Source: a virus
Virus record (IMG/VR): IMGVR_UViG_3300008266_000018
Location: 26,919 to 90,918 of that record
Length of the DNA: 64,000 nucleotides
Direction: 5' to 3' (one strand)
Shown: positions 10,470 to 20,926 of the stretch, one piece after another
Layout of the letters: the number at the start of each line of letters is the position of its first letter
How positions within the stretch are numbered: the first letter of the stretch is position 1
The notes under the pieces: generated by a model
Database searches by the model: none
What the model saw: the letters and a program-made list of their open reading frames with translations, nothing else
Told to the model about the DNA's origin: nothing
Program-made: the position numbers and the translations under genes

Positions 10470-11072
10470 TTATAAAATTTTAGATAAAAGAACTTGATTG
10501 TCTTGAAAATTAATAATTTTCCATCCTTTACTCATCATATAAGGAATAGATAAAGCTCCTTTGCCAGAAAAATTAGCATCAAGGATATCATCAAGAAGAA
10601 CTATCGAGTTTTCTTCTAGATTTTTTTCGCAAGCCTGAAACTCTTTTAATTGATGTTCCGCCGCCGCTCTCTTATTATTTTCATCTCCGCAATAATCAAA
10701 GCTATCTAAGAAAAGCAAATTTATCTTCATAAATGAAGGAAAGTTTTGTAAATAAGCTACTGAGTCGCTGAAGACGTAATTAACATAAGGAGATAATCCT
10801 ATTACATTTTTAGCAATATTTAAATGATATTGGTTTATATCTATAGAATAAATTATACTATTTGTTTTAGTGGCCCAGTGAATCCAAGATAGCGTTCCCC
10901 ATCCGTCTCCTTTTTTGTATATTTCACTTGGATTTCTAATACATCCAGTTTCAACAATTGTTATTGGATTAAATCCAAAACGTTTATATAGTTCTTCAAA
11001 TACAAAAATTTGAGAATTATTTCGTCCAGTTTGATTTTTATTTTCTATTAGATTTTGAAGTTCTGTATTCAT
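10470..11072 (-). CDS. Class I SAM-dependent methyltransferase
   Basis: IVETGC, SDSV, LLFLDSFD, LLDD; paralog of 41249-41833. Confidence 0.75.
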   Translation of the reverse strand: MNTELQNLIENKNQTGRNNSQIFVFEELYKRFGFNPITIVETGCIRNPSEIYKKGDGWGTLSWIHWATKTNSIIYSIDINQYHLNIAKNVIGLSPYVNYVFSDSVAYLQNFPSFMKINLLFLDSFDYCGDENNKRAAAEHQLKEFQACEKNLEENSIVLLDDILDANFSGKGALSIPYMMSKGWKIINFQDNQVLLSKIL

Positions 11073-11695
11073 TTAGTGTTTTTTGATTTGTATAAAGCAA
11101 AATAATGAGTTTCGTCATTTAATATATTTATTTTGTCGTTAGAAAAAGAAATCGGCTCCCAACAATTAGTCGCCATTATTAAATGATACATATTTACTCC
11201 TCCTGTATTATTTTTAAAATTTCTAAAAAAATCATTATAGCTTCTTGTACGCGAAAAGTAATATTTTGTTCTATAAGATAAATAAGTTAAATAAAATATA
11301 ACTTCATCAGGAGGCATATGTTGAAAAACTGTTGTCTCATATAATAATGAATAATTATTGTCGAATTCAGAAACGTCATGAATTAATTTATCGTCTTTTG
11401 AAGCGGTCTTTTTATATCTTTCAATCATTTCGGGAAGGTCAAAACCGTGAACTTCATTGAAAATTGATTTTAAATATTGTTGATTTCTTCCTAGACCAAC
11501 TCCGAAATCTACAACTTTATTTAATTCTACATTTTCTTTTATGTAATTAAGATAAGGTTCTGGAATTCTTGTTGGCCTTGAATAGCTTTTACTATTTTCA
11601 TCCCAAGAACTATTTAAATCTCTAGCTAACATATCTTCTTGAGAAGAAGTTATGAAAGATTTCCAATAATCTTTTTGATATTTTAAATTATTCAT
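11069..11695 (-). CDS. Class I SAM-dependent methyltransferase
   Basis: VVDFGVGLGR motif I; TVFQH. Confidence 0.75.
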   Translation of the reverse strand: MNNLKYQKDYWKSFITSSQEDMLARDLNSSWDENSKSYSRPTRIPEPYLNYIKENVELNKVVDFGVGLGRNQQYLKSIFNEVHGFDLPEMIERYKKTASKDDKLIHDVSEFDNNYSLLYETTVFQHMPPDEVIFYLTYLSYRTKYYFSRTRSYNDFFRNFKNNTGGVNMYHLIMATNCWEPISFSNDKINILNDETHYFALYKSKNTK

Positions 11696-14225
11696 CTTTC
11701 TTTATTTCTGATAGTTTTGTATAAATTTTATTTGTTTGCACTGCTATTACGTCGGCAAACACGCATCCATCTTTCTTTTTGCCACGAATAACAACAATGT
11801 CGCCTTTCTTAGGAGTCTTTTTATTTATATCAAGAAAATCTTCAAGTTTCTTATTGAACATTTTCACGTTTATTATATTACTTTCATCAAAAATATCCAT
11901 CGTCATGTATTTATTACCAGCTTTAGATGTGCGCGTTTCAGAATCGTCAGAAAGTCTTCCGATAAATCGCACTTCATAGTTTTCTGGCAGTCCGTTAATA
12001 TCATCTATCAATTCCAAGATGACATCTGATTGATCCATGACGATATCCTTTAAATTAGAGCCATAAGTATAACCAAGTAGTTTATTCTCATAAAACCAAT
12101 TAGCGAACTTCTCGGACTTCTTGTTCTTATCGTAAATCTCCGCATATCTTTGAGACTTATTTTTGATAGTTTCAATTCTTGAAGGTTTGATTAAAAGCTT
12201 TCCTTTTTCATCTACTTTCTCACAAATATACTTCATTGTTTTGACAAGATCATAATCAAATCCCGCGCCATAATTAATGCAATATCTCTTTTCCTTCTCA
12301 GTAAGAGTATTCCAAAGTTGAGCTTCATAGACGACCTTGGTTCTAGTCTGCTTAAAGCCTTCCAATGCTCCAGCTTGAATTAAAGCGCACAATATGCCAA
12401 GATTCAATCCAGCTTCATTTGCAGTGTTAAAGATCTCAAACTTATTTTGAAATATGCCGATAAAGTTATTAAGCTTCTCAATAGATTTATCTGAAATGCC
12501 TTTGATAGAAAGAAGACCAAATCGAATATTGTCTCCTTGAATACTAAAGTCTTTTTGAGATTTAAGTAGATGAGGGGGCAGTAATTCAATATTAAAATGC
12601 CGCATCTCTTTGTGAATTTTAGAAATCTCAGAAATCGGATCAGGTTCATGTCGAGTCATCTTCAACAACGACAAGAAGAACTGCTGCGGATATTTAAATT
12701 TAAGATATACTGTAATTGCAGCTAGAGCGGCATAACAAGCTGAATGCGATTTGTTGAAAGAGTAGTTCGCAGAGTCTTCAAGAACTTTCCATAGAATATC
12801 GCCAGCTTCTTGAGGAAGCTTATTTTCAACTATCTTATCTTGAATCTTCTGCTTCCACTTCTTAACCTCTTCGACTTTCTTTTTACCTACAATGCGGCGA
12901 AGAATTTCTGCTTCGTCCAAAGAGAAACCAATCTTTGTAGACATTTTCATCAACTGCTCTTGATATAGAGCAACGCCGCCAGTCACCTTTAGAACGTCAT
13001 CAAAGAGAGAGTGAATGCTCTCGTATGTTTCTGTATTGGTATAAAGAGCGTACTTATCGACGAATTGAAGCGCACCGGGACGCGCAAGAGCCAGAACGCC
13101 GCTAAGTTCTTCCAGATTCTTAGGCTTTACCTTCTTTAATACTTTAAAGTTAGTATCAGCTTCAATTTGGAATAATCCATGAGGAGTTCTCAGGTCTTGA
13201 AGACTCTGATAAATACAAGAATCATTTACATCGATATCTAGCAGATTAATACCGATATTCTTGCATACGTCATCTACAACTGAAACGCCACGAAGACCTA
13301 GAATATCAAGTTTGATATTAAATAATGTAACCCAGTTCATGTCAAATGATGACACGATGCTTCCGTCAGAAGATCTTTCTGTTGGGCAAGATTCTAGGAT
13401 ATTATCATAACAAAGTAGAACTCCAGAAGGATGTGCGCCTTTATTTTTAATTAGATCTTTTAACTTCCTAGAAACAGAATATATTCTAGGATTTTCGTCG
13501 CACCAGTTCTTGAATTCCTCTACTTCGGCATAAGCTTCTTCGACATCTTTGACCTGACCAAAGACTTTAGGAATCAAACCTGAAACTACTGTCATTTCAG
13601 ATTCAGGCTTCTCGTCGATAACCTTGCCGCATTCTTTAATTAGAAGTTTACTGCTAAGAGTGTTTAGAGTTAAGATTTTGGCGGTTTTGTTTTCGAACTT
13701 CTTTTCGAGGTACTCCAAAACTCTATGCCGCTGATAGTAACATATATCAAGATCAACGTCACACATAAGAGAACCGTCGAGATAGGTGATACCATTGACA
13801 ACATTTTTCTTTGCGCGAAATCTTGAAATAAAACGTTCAAAAAATAGTCCATATTTAAGAGGATCGATTTGAGTTACTCCACATGCGAATAGAATTAAAC
13901 TTCCTGCGGCAGATCCACGACCTACGCCAGTGGGAATGCTATTATCTTTACAGAAGTTGATTACATCCCAAACCAGTAGTAGATAATCCGTAAAGCTGAG
14001 TTCCTCTACGATTTCTAGCTCATAATTTAATCTATTTATATATTCTTGAGAGAATAGATTTTTTTCTTTTAGTCCGTATTCGCATAAAGACTTTAAGAAT
14101 GAAAGATTGGAGCAATCAAGATCTGCGCCAATTTTGTTCTTAAACTTATCTTCAATTTTAAATGAAGGTAGTCTTACGCCATGTAGCTCAAGCTTTAAAT
14201 CAGAAAAATTATCGTAAAAATTCAT
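11688..14225 (-). CDS. dnaE: DNA polymerase III alpha (DnaE-type) polymerase core, lacking the PHP domain
   Basis: GRGSAAGS, FERF, DVDLD, HPSG, KLDILGL, YQEQ, YSFNKSH, C-terminal OB fold. Confidence 0.95.
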   Translation of the reverse strand: MNFYDNFSDLKLELHGVRLPSFKIEDKFKNKIGADLDCSNLSFLKSLCEYGLKEKNLFSQEYINRLNYELEIVEELSFTDYLLLVWDVINFCKDNSIPTGVGRGSAAGSLILFACGVTQIDPLKYGLFFERFISRFRAKKNVVNGITYLDGSLMCDVDLDICYYQRHRVLEYLEKKFENKTAKILTLNTLSSKLLIKECGKVIDEKPESEMTVVSGLIPKVFGQVKDVEEAYAEVEEFKNWCDENPRIYSVSRKLKDLIKNKGAHPSGVLLCYDNILESCPTERSSDGSIVSSFDMNWVTLFNIKLDILGLRGVSVVDDVCKNIGINLLDIDVNDSCIYQSLQDLRTPHGLFQIEADTNFKVLKKVKPKNLEELSGVLALARPGALQFVDKYALYTNTETYESIHSLFDDVLKVTGGVALYQEQLMKMSTKIGFSLDEAEILRRIVGKKKVEEVKKWKQKIQDKIVENKLPQEAGDILWKVLEDSANYSFNKSHSACYAALAAITVYLKFKYPQQFFLSLLKMTRHEPDPISEISKIHKEMRHFNIELLPPHLLKSQKDFSIQGDNIRFGLLSIKGISDKSIEKLNNFIGIFQNKFEIFNTANEAGLNLGILCALIQAGALEGFKQTRTKVVYEAQLWNTLTEKEKRYCINYGAGFDYDLVKTMKYICEKVDEKGKLLIKPSRIETIKNKSQRYAEIYDKNKKSEKFANWFYENKLLGYTYGSNLKDIVMDQSDVILELIDDINGLPENYEVRFIGRLSDDSETRTSKAGNKYMTMDIFDESNIINVKMFNKKLEDFLDINKKTPKKGDIVVIRGKKKDGCVFADVIAVQTNKIYTKLSEIKKDE

Positions 14226-14860
14226 AGGTCAATCATATACTTAAGTTTGTTCCATACTTTCAAGTTCAGCTTCAAGTCGATGATAGCGTCATGTAATCTA
14301 TCATATTCATGCTCAATAGAGAACTCTTTACCCAATGCGGTCAGATTGGTCTTTATGCCCTTTCTTGGAGAATTTGCAAGCCTATATTGATATTCAGTTA
14401 AATTATCATCCTTCTTGGGAAGTTCTCCGTACTTGATACCTCTTGCAACGCAGTTTGTATCAATCATTTTATCTACATAATGCCGCCAAGGTTTACCGAA
14501 TTTCTCGCAAACTCCTTTAATTAAATAAATATCAAAGTTCAAAACATTATGACCAATGATCTTGTATGAAGAGTCAAGCCATTCAACCATTGTTTCAACG
14601 GCAATTTTAGGGTCTATGCCAAGCCTTTCAAGCTTTGCAGGGTCAAATCTTGTGATTTCCGCAGCACCTTTACTAATCTTAAGATGAGTATCCCATTTTA
14701 CATACATGTCTTTATAGTCAATAATTTCATTTCCAACTACTTTAAGCATTGAAATTTGCCAAGGTAGATTATTACAGGTGTTCAGACACAGATTAAATGT
14801 CTCAAGATCGATAAAGACAAGTTCGTCTTTATTATTAAATCGTAGTAAATGGCCGTCCAT
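14222..14860 (-). CDS. DEDDh 3'-5' exonuclease (DnaQ-like)
   Basis: FIDLET, GHNVLNFD, HDAIID. Confidence 0.9.
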   Translation of the reverse strand: MDGHLLRFNNKDELVFIDLETFNLCLNTCNNLPWQISMLKVVGNEIIDYKDMYVKWDTHLKISKGAAEITRFDPAKLERLGIDPKIAVETMVEWLDSSYKIIGHNVLNFDIYLIKGVCEKFGKPWRHYVDKMIDTNCVARGIKYGELPKKDDNLTEYQYRLANSPRKGIKTNLTALGKEFSIEHEYDRLHDAIIDLKLNLKVWNKLKYMIDL

Positions 14861-14861
14861 A

Positions 14862-15614
14862 TTATTGAGCGTTTAGATAGCTTTCGAAGCAAAAAGTGTC
14901 GCTACTCATGTGTTCAAGATTTGGTTTATTCAAATTAGTTCTATTGTTAATGCATCTAAAAGTTAAGTAAGCTAAGAAATCCTCTCTTTCGTAATAAAAG
15001 ACGCTTTGAGTTTTTTGAATCTCATATTTGTCTTTAGCGTATAAGTTAACTTTATCTAAAATGATATGATCGAAAGGAAGAGAATTTTCTTCTACAAAGA
15101 ATACAGGCTTGAAAAAAGATAAATCAGGAACGCAAAGATGACCATATAATGAATTATTAAATAGAAAGCTATCGTAGAATGGAATAGCAATCATTAAATT
15201 ATCATCAAAGTTGTCTTTCAAAGTAGTATAATCTAACCTAGGAACATAATAAAATCCTGTAGAGGAAGCAATTGTAGACAGCTTAATGAGCTTTTTATAT
15301 CCAGCATTGTTCTTGGGGAAGATGATTATCTTCGACTCCTTCTTTAAAGAAGCTTCACTTTTATCAGAAATATCTTCCGTAATCGTAACACGAAGACCAA
15401 AAATAAGCTTAATTCCCATATCTTTAGCATACGAGTAAGCTTGAATAAAGCCAGATATAGAATCTTCTACAAGAGTAATCTCTTTCAGTCCATGCTTTTT
15501 AGCAATTGAAAAAATAGAAATCGGACTAGAATCAGTAATTTCTGCGGCCTTCTCTAAAGTTAGAATAGACTTTCCAACAGAGTAATGACTCTTGAACAAT
15601 GGAATGATGCTCAC
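14862..15614 (-). CDS. Stand-alone PHP domain of DnaE
   Basis: SHYS..SIL, IKLIFG, KNNAGYKKLIKLST..GFYYVPRLD. Confidence 0.85.
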   Translation of the reverse strand: MSIIPLFKSHYSVGKSILTLEKAAEITDSSPISIFSIAKKHGLKEITLVEDSISGFIQAYSYAKDMGIKLIFGLRVTITEDISDKSEASLKKESKIIIFPKNNAGYKKLIKLSTIASSTGFYYVPRLDYTTLKDNFDDNLMIAIPFYDSFLFNNSLYGHLCVPDLSFFKPVFFVEENSLPFDHIILDKVNLYAKDKYEIQKTQSVFYYEREDFLAYLTFRCINNRTNLNKPNLEHMSSDTFCFESYLNAQ

Positions 15615-15620
15615 TTATAC

Positions 15621-15648
15621 ATGATACATCGCTTCAGCGCAAAGTCAA
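15621..15648 (-). promoter_or_regulatory. Sigma70-type promoter, probably leaderless transcript
   Basis: TTGACT-16-TATCAT; GTG start 7 nt downstream. Confidence 0.6.
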
Positions 15649-15649
15649 C

Positions 15650-16630
15650 TCAAAAGTCGAAGGCATCTTGGCTTTTCTTCGGCTTGTTATGAGCGGGGCA
15701 TCCATCGTACTGCTTTATTTTTTTAGTGTATCCTTCTGGAAGTTTTGAAGGAAGATTATCTAGAAAATAAGTTTTCTTTAAATTACCGCTTTCATCGTAA
15801 ACTTCGTAATATTTATATGGATGATAATACGGGCAAACCCAAGTTTTGCCAGCTTTGCACAACCATTTCTTTTCTTCAGAGTTCGCGGCGAAATTTGAAA
15901 CAGAAGTTTTAGCATCAAACTTAGAAGCTACATTATATATGTACTCTAAATACCTTTCATATCCATTCAACTGCTCTTCGGTTATTTCAACTTCTTGAAC
16001 AGGTTGTTTAGGAAATCTAAGGAAAATAAATTGAGTAATTACTCTTTTAATTTTGCCAGATACTTCTTTAAATTTATTAGACTTCTTTGTAGCAAGAGTG
16101 TATGTAAGAGCTTGGATATTTGCGGTTAACTCATCATCTTTGAACTTAGCTTTACTGCTCTTGTAATCGACGATTTTAAATAGATTATCTTTTGGATAAT
16201 ATCCATTTTTATCGATAAAGCCTTTAATTTTATATTTTGGACTTTCGCTATCAATTAAAAACTCTTGTTCAGCTTCTCCAAGTTTTGCGTTTTCTAAATA
16301 GAAGTCTTGACCAAGACCAACTACAATCATTTTATCAACCATCTCGTAATTTTCATCTGTATAAATATCAAGCTTTTTCATGTGCTTGATTACTAGACGA
16401 TTAATTGCTTTGCTGGCCTTGATTGAAGCTTGCTTTTGAATTTTAGTATAATGACTCTTATGTTTTTTGTTTAACAAGAGTTCAAATACAAGGTGGCAAA
16501 CTGTGCCACGATTTGCGCCGTCATTAGATTTATCTGGAAGCTTAAGGTGATAATTGCACCAGTAAGTCCAAGAACAAGTTTCCAGAGTTTTGATTCTGGA
16601 AGCTGATAGTATTAAATCTTTTTTCTCCAC
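15650..16630 (-). CDS. PD-(D/E)XK exonuclease, Cas4/AddB-like
   Basis: LSASRI..C, GTVCH, GFID, IVDYKS, QALTY, C-terminal cysteines. Confidence 0.85.
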   Translation of the reverse strand: MEKKDLILSASRIKTLETCSWTYWCNYHLKLPDKSNDGANRGTVCHLVFELLLNKKHKSHYTKIQKQASIKASKAINRLVIKHMKKLDIYTDENYEMVDKMIVVGLGQDFYLENAKLGEAEQEFLIDSESPKYKIKGFIDKNGYYPKDNLFKIVDYKSSKAKFKDDELTANIQALTYTLATKKSNKFKEVSGKIKRVITQFIFLRFPKQPVQEVEITEEQLNGYERYLEYIYNVASKFDAKTSVSNFAANSEEKKWLCKAGKTWVCPYYHPYKYYEVYDESGNLKKTYFLDNLPSKLPEGYTKKIKQYDGCPAHNKPKKSQDAFDF

Positions 16631-17511
16631 TCGGTTATTTCTTCGGCATTCATTTCTCCAAAGTCTTTTTTGGAAGGTAAATTTATGACGACTTGGTTTC
16701 GATCAAAGAATTTAGTTAGTTTTTCATAACCCTTTTCAGCCGCATTGTTGCCAGCAAATTTATTCTCGGAATCGTTGTTAAAACATATTCTAATGGTAGT
16801 TACATCCAATTTCAATAAAAAGTTGATTATTGAAGTAGATATTTCAAGACCAAAAGAAACAATTACATTTTTAACGCCAGCAGAATATAAAGACAATGCG
16901 TCTCCAATGCTCTCGACAATAAAAACTTCTTTAGTTTCTTTAATGATTTTAGAATTCTTTTTAGCTGGAAATACCCAAGTAGATTTGCCGCCAATGTGTT
17001 TCCATTTTGGCGCATCTTTTCTACTCAAGATATCTCTTCCTGAAAATCCAACAATTTGATCTACGCTGTTGAAGATAGGAAAAACATACCGTCCAGCCAT
17101 CTTTCCTGATCCAGCAACTCCGCCTTCAAACTCTACAAGAATTTCTTCTGGGACTCCTCTTTGAATCCAATAAGAATGATCTTTCTTTAATTTAAAAAGC
17201 ATATCTTTTTCATATACTTTTTGAGTAATAATTTTTGGTTTGGCTTCTTCTCTTCGTTCTAAAGAGATGTTTTTATTAGAAATCCAAGTTTTGACTTCTT
17301 CTACATTCTTAAGGTTTAACGATAACTTAATTAAGTCTTCGATAGATCCAGTAATTCCTTTGCTAAAATCAATAAATCTACCAGAATCTTTCTTTACTGA
17401 AAGAACGGTGTTGTTATCTGAATCCCTATAAATAGGGCGCATTCTATATTCTTTTGGGCCTTCTGAAATGTTAGAGTAGCCCAAATCAATCAAAATATCT
17501 TTAACGTTCAT
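16612..17511 (-). CDS. DNA primase (Toprim)
   Basis: RYVFPI, GFSGR, PKWKH, IVESIGD, DFGEM. Confidence 0.85.
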   Translation of the reverse strand: MNVKDILIDLGYSNISEGPKEYRMRPIYRDSDNNTVLSVKKDSGRFIDFSKGITGSIEDLIKLSLNLKNVEEVKTWISNKNISLERREEAKPKIITQKVYEKDMLFKLKKDHSYWIQRGVPEEILVEFEGGVAGSGKMAGRYVFPIFNSVDQIVGFSGRDILSRKDAPKWKHIGGKSTWVFPAKKNSKIIKETKEVFIVESIGDALSLYSAGVKNVIVSFGLEISTSIINFLLKLDVTTIRICFNNDSENKFAGNNAAEKGYEKLTKFFDRNQVVINLPSKKDFGEMNAEEITEWRKKI

Positions 17512-18989
17512 AGAGTTCCACTATCTTCTTTTTCTTGATCTTTCAATTCAAATTGTTCATTTTCAATCTTAACGATATCGTCAAGAGATCCTTTTTCTTC
17601 CACATTAAAACTATTTACATTAAAATTAAGGAAGTTATTCTGATAAGAGATTTCTCCTTGTTCGTTCCTACGTTTAACCAGATCGTGATGTCCAGCGGCA
17701 TCTTTGCCTTGGAATCTTGTTTTGATTGGAACCAGTTTATGAGTTCCGAAGTTTTCTCCATCAACTGCGATTTCATCAACAGTCTTACGACGGAAGATTG
17801 CTACGAACGAAGCGAACCATTGCAGACGATCAGAAAGAGCGATTGCAGAGCTATCATCAACTACTGCTGCGCCTTTACGGTTAAAATTCTCACCACTTCG
17901 ATTCATTTGCATCGCAGTGATAATAGGACAGCTAATCTCTTCAGATAGTCTTTTTAGTTTATCAATCTTTTCACCAATAACTTGATGTTCTGCCCAATTT
18001 TGACCAATCTTTTCGCCAGTTAGTTTTACATAGTCATAAGCTACAATACATTGATTGCCGCGCCCAACCTCCTTGTAATACCAACGTTTTACTAACGAGC
18101 AGATTTCATCAATATTTTTACTGCCTACTCTATAATGATAATACTTATAATCTACGACTTTCTTTAGAGCTTCTCTGACCTTTTTTGTCATTTCAGCATT
18201 TCTGCGCCAATTTCCGGTTTCTACATACCACATTGGAACTCCTGAGACTGAAGAAATCATGCGAAACTGCATTTCTTCTGCGCTCATTTCAGTATCAAGA
18301 ATTAGAGCTTTAACGTTATTCTTTAGAGAAGTCTTTAAACAGATATCATTGATCCAAGTTGTTTTACCCTGACCGGGACGAGAAACAATTGCATAAATGT
18401 TACCGGGACGAAGACCGCCATACAGACGATTGAATTCTGGATAAGGAGTTACTAATCCAGTATCGTCTTTGATATTATTGCCACGTTCTTCTACTTTCTC
18501 AGCAATAGTTTCAAACAGATTGCATGGCTTTTCATCTATTTCAATGCTAGATACTTTATCTGCGTAGATTTTATCACAACTAAGAATAAAATCATTTAAA
18601 GATTCGTCGCCTAGTTTTTGAGCGGTATTTTGTATCTTAACTCCTGTATGATACATTTCTCGACGAACGCGAAGTTTAATTAATTCTTTCGCCGCTTCAA
18701 TTGTAGCTTTTTCATTTAATTGAGCGAAAGTGATACTTTCTACATAATCAAATATATTAACTTCATCCTTAAAAGAGACTCCAAGGTCTTTGATTTTTTG
18801 AGCTACAAGAACTTTATCGATTTCCTGTTTGTTTAGATATAAATTCTTACAAACAAGAAAGATTGTTGAGTGAACTTCGTTGTAGAAGTCTTTTTCTGAT
18901 ACAAAGTTTACAAGCTCGCAAAGAATGTCTTTATTCTTGAAGATGCCAGCAATAACGTGTTTTTCTACTTGTAATGAGTAAATTGTCAT
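17508..18989 (-). CDS. dnaB: Replicative DNA helicase
   Basis: RPGQGKT Walker A, DTEM, YDYVK, QMNR. Confidence 0.92.
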   Translation of the reverse strand: MTIYSLQVEKHVIAGIFKNKDILCELVNFVSEKDFYNEVHSTIFLVCKNLYLNKQEIDKVLVAQKIKDLGVSFKDEVNIFDYVESITFAQLNEKATIEAAKELIKLRVRREMYHTGVKIQNTAQKLGDESLNDFILSCDKIYADKVSSIEIDEKPCNLFETIAEKVEERGNNIKDDTGLVTPYPEFNRLYGGLRPGNIYAIVSRPGQGKTTWINDICLKTSLKNNVKALILDTEMSAEEMQFRMISSVSGVPMWYVETGNWRRNAEMTKKVREALKKVVDYKYYHYRVGSKNIDEICSLVKRWYYKEVGRGNQCIVAYDYVKLTGEKIGQNWAEHQVIGEKIDKLKRLSEEISCPIITAMQMNRSGENFNRKGAAVVDDSSAIALSDRLQWFASFVAIFRRKTVDEIAVDGENFGTHKLVPIKTRFQGKDAAGHHDLVKRRNEQGEISYQNNFLNFNVNSFNVEEKGSLDDIVKIENEQFELKDQEKEDSGTL

Positions 18990-19402
18990 ATTTCAATACC
19001 GAATTTCTGAAAAATAAAATCTGCTGAAAGCTCTTTCATATCTCCTTGCTCAAGCTCAATGAATTTATAATTGTTTTTCATAAGCCATTCATATTTTTCA
19101 TAATCTCTACGGATAGACGAAAGATATTTTGCGCGAGAGTTTTGATGAAAGAATTTATTAAAAGAGGTATGTTGTGCGCCATTCACCTCTACGGCTATCT
19201 TACGAGTCGCGTTGAGAAAGTCAACCTTCATTCTGCTTCCATATACGGGGAATTCTTCGTAAACGATATGATTTTCCCAGTGTTGAAGCAAAAATTGTTT
19301 AACTTCAAATTGAATATTTGACCGAGATTTTTTATCCCAATCTATTCTATATTTGCTGACATTCTTGCTGACAAGTTTTCCTGATAATGAAAATAATCTC
19401 AT
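18986..19402 (-). CDS. Vsr/DUF559-like endonuclease
   Basis: VDF...IAVEVNGAQH...RD..K. Confidence 0.7.
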   Translation of the reverse strand: MRLFSLSGKLVSKNVSKYRIDWDKKSRSNIQFEVKQFLLQHWENHIVYEEFPVYGSRMKVDFLNATRKIAVEVNGAQHTSFNKFFHQNSRAKYLSSIRRDYEKYEWLMKNNYKFIELEQGDMKELSADFIFQKFGIEI

Positions 19403-20499
19403 TTCTTGAAAACTCGGATAAATTTTTCAAATAGATAAGAAGTTAGCTTTTGATCTTCTTCAAGAAGCTTGCGGAAATTATCCATTCCTTGAATCTGCTT
19501 AGGAACAGTAAATCCATTTTCAGTAAGCTCCTTCAATAGATCATCGCATACAGTAATCCAAGCGGTCTTAGCTTCGATCATTTCCCAAGCTTTCAACTGT
19601 TCGATAACTTCATATTCTATCCAAATACTATTGCCATTATCGCGACCATATTTAATTGGATATTTAACTTCTACTCCAGTCTTTTCATTAGGAGTCTTTC
19701 GGAACATGATCTTACACCAATGTCCAATTGGAGTCTTGTTATCAGGTCCGCCAAAGATAATATCCTTTTGAAAACGCTGTTGGAATTCAAGAATCCAATC
19801 AGAATAATGTAGAGCGGCATTTCCACCACTTGCGTTCGTAACCTTTGGATCGCCCTTTTCGTAAGGATTAATCTTAATGGTGGAACGGACTTGAGAAATC
19901 AAGAAACAGATATGCCCCTTGGTAGAGAAATAATTAGCCATCTTCCTCAAGAAGTTTGATGTAAGAAGTGCGCCACCAGCAGTTCGATCAGCTTCACTTG
20001 CGCCCTTTGCCATGTCATTTCTTGGAACGAGAGAATCAAGAGAATCAATGACGAACATGTAATAATGATCATCAGGATTTAGCTTGGTAACATCCCTGAT
20101 CATATCAATTACGAATTCAAAATCATTCGTAGGAATAACTTTCCATCGCTTGGGATCAGTATCAACACCAGATCGCGAAATGATTTCTTTAGAAAGTCGC
20201 CCTTCAGCCTTGATATAAACTACAACGCCATTGTCAGGATGAACCTTCTGAAAGTTTCTAGCGAAAGCAAGAGCGTTTGATGTTTTGCCGCCTTCTGTAA
20301 TACCTGTAGAACGAACAACACCGGGGCGAATTCCGCCGCCCATTTCCATATCAAGAACCAAGCTTCCGCTGCTAACTGTATATTCAACAGGATTATCGAA
20401 AGCAAAATGGTGTTCTGAATTATCTTTTAGATACTTATCTAGTGATGAAAGCTTTGAAGCTACTGTATTTGTGTCTTGGTTTTTTGGAGGTCTAGCCAT
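19399..20499 (-). CDS. recA: RecA/UvsX-like recombinase
   Basis: GITEGGKT, VIDSL, ISQVR, SGGNA. Confidence 0.9.
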   Translation of the reverse strand: MARPPKNQDTNTVASKLSSLDKYLKDNSEHHFAFDNPVEYTVSSGSLVLDMEMGGGIRPGVVRSTGITEGGKTSNALAFARNFQKVHPDNGVVVYIKAEGRLSKEIISRSGVDTDPKRWKVIPTNDFEFVIDMIRDVTKLNPDDHYYMFVIDSLDSLVPRNDMAKGASEADRTAGGALLTSNFLRKMANYFSTKGHICFLISQVRSTIKINPYEKGDPKVTNASGGNAALHYSDWILEFQQRFQKDIIFGGPDNKTPIGHWCKIMFRKTPNEKTGVEVKYPIKYGRDNGNSIWIEYEVIEQLKAWEMIEAKTAWITVCDDLLKELTENGFTVPKQIQGMDNFRKLLEEDQKLTSYLFEKFIRVFKK

Positions 20500-20926
20500 A
20501 ATTAATAAAATCTTTTAATGATAAAATAGGCTTCTTTATTTTAATATCTTCGCCTACTTTAGTTTCAGAGAGTATGACATCTTGCTTTGAGAAGTCAAGA
20601 GTCTTTTTCTTAGTTTTCACAAATTCTGCCCATTCATTTTTAACGAACAGATCATGCTGATACTTTATTATATCTTGATTTTCCTTCTTTATAAAGAAGC
20701 TTAAAGAAGATACTTTATCATTGGGAAGAGATTCCCAGAACTTTTGATCTAAACATATTTTACCAAGAGTGTTTGCTATCTTCATCTCTCTTGGATAATT
20801 AATAGTTTTTTTATCAGCTATAAATAAATCAATTAAATAAGTCGCGAAGCTTTGAAAGATTATTTCTTCGCCATTAACTGTTTTTGTATACTTCTTTTTC
20901 GATGAATTCAATAATTTCTTTGTCAT
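20492..20926 (-). CDS. Hypothetical protein
   Basis: ORF overlapping its neighbours in the operon. Confidence 0.55.
   Translation of the reverse strand: MTKKLLNSSKKKYTKTVNGEEIIFQSFATYLIDLFIADKKTINYPREMKIANTLGKICLDQKFWESLPNDKVSSLSFFIKKENQDIIKYQHDLFVKNEWAEFVKTKKKTLDFSKQDVILSETKVGEDIKIKKPILSLKDFINYG

Noticed and set aside
15650-16630. CRISPR-Cas system
   Set aside because: The Cas4-like nuclease sits among replication genes; no repeat-spacer array or other cas genes were seen.
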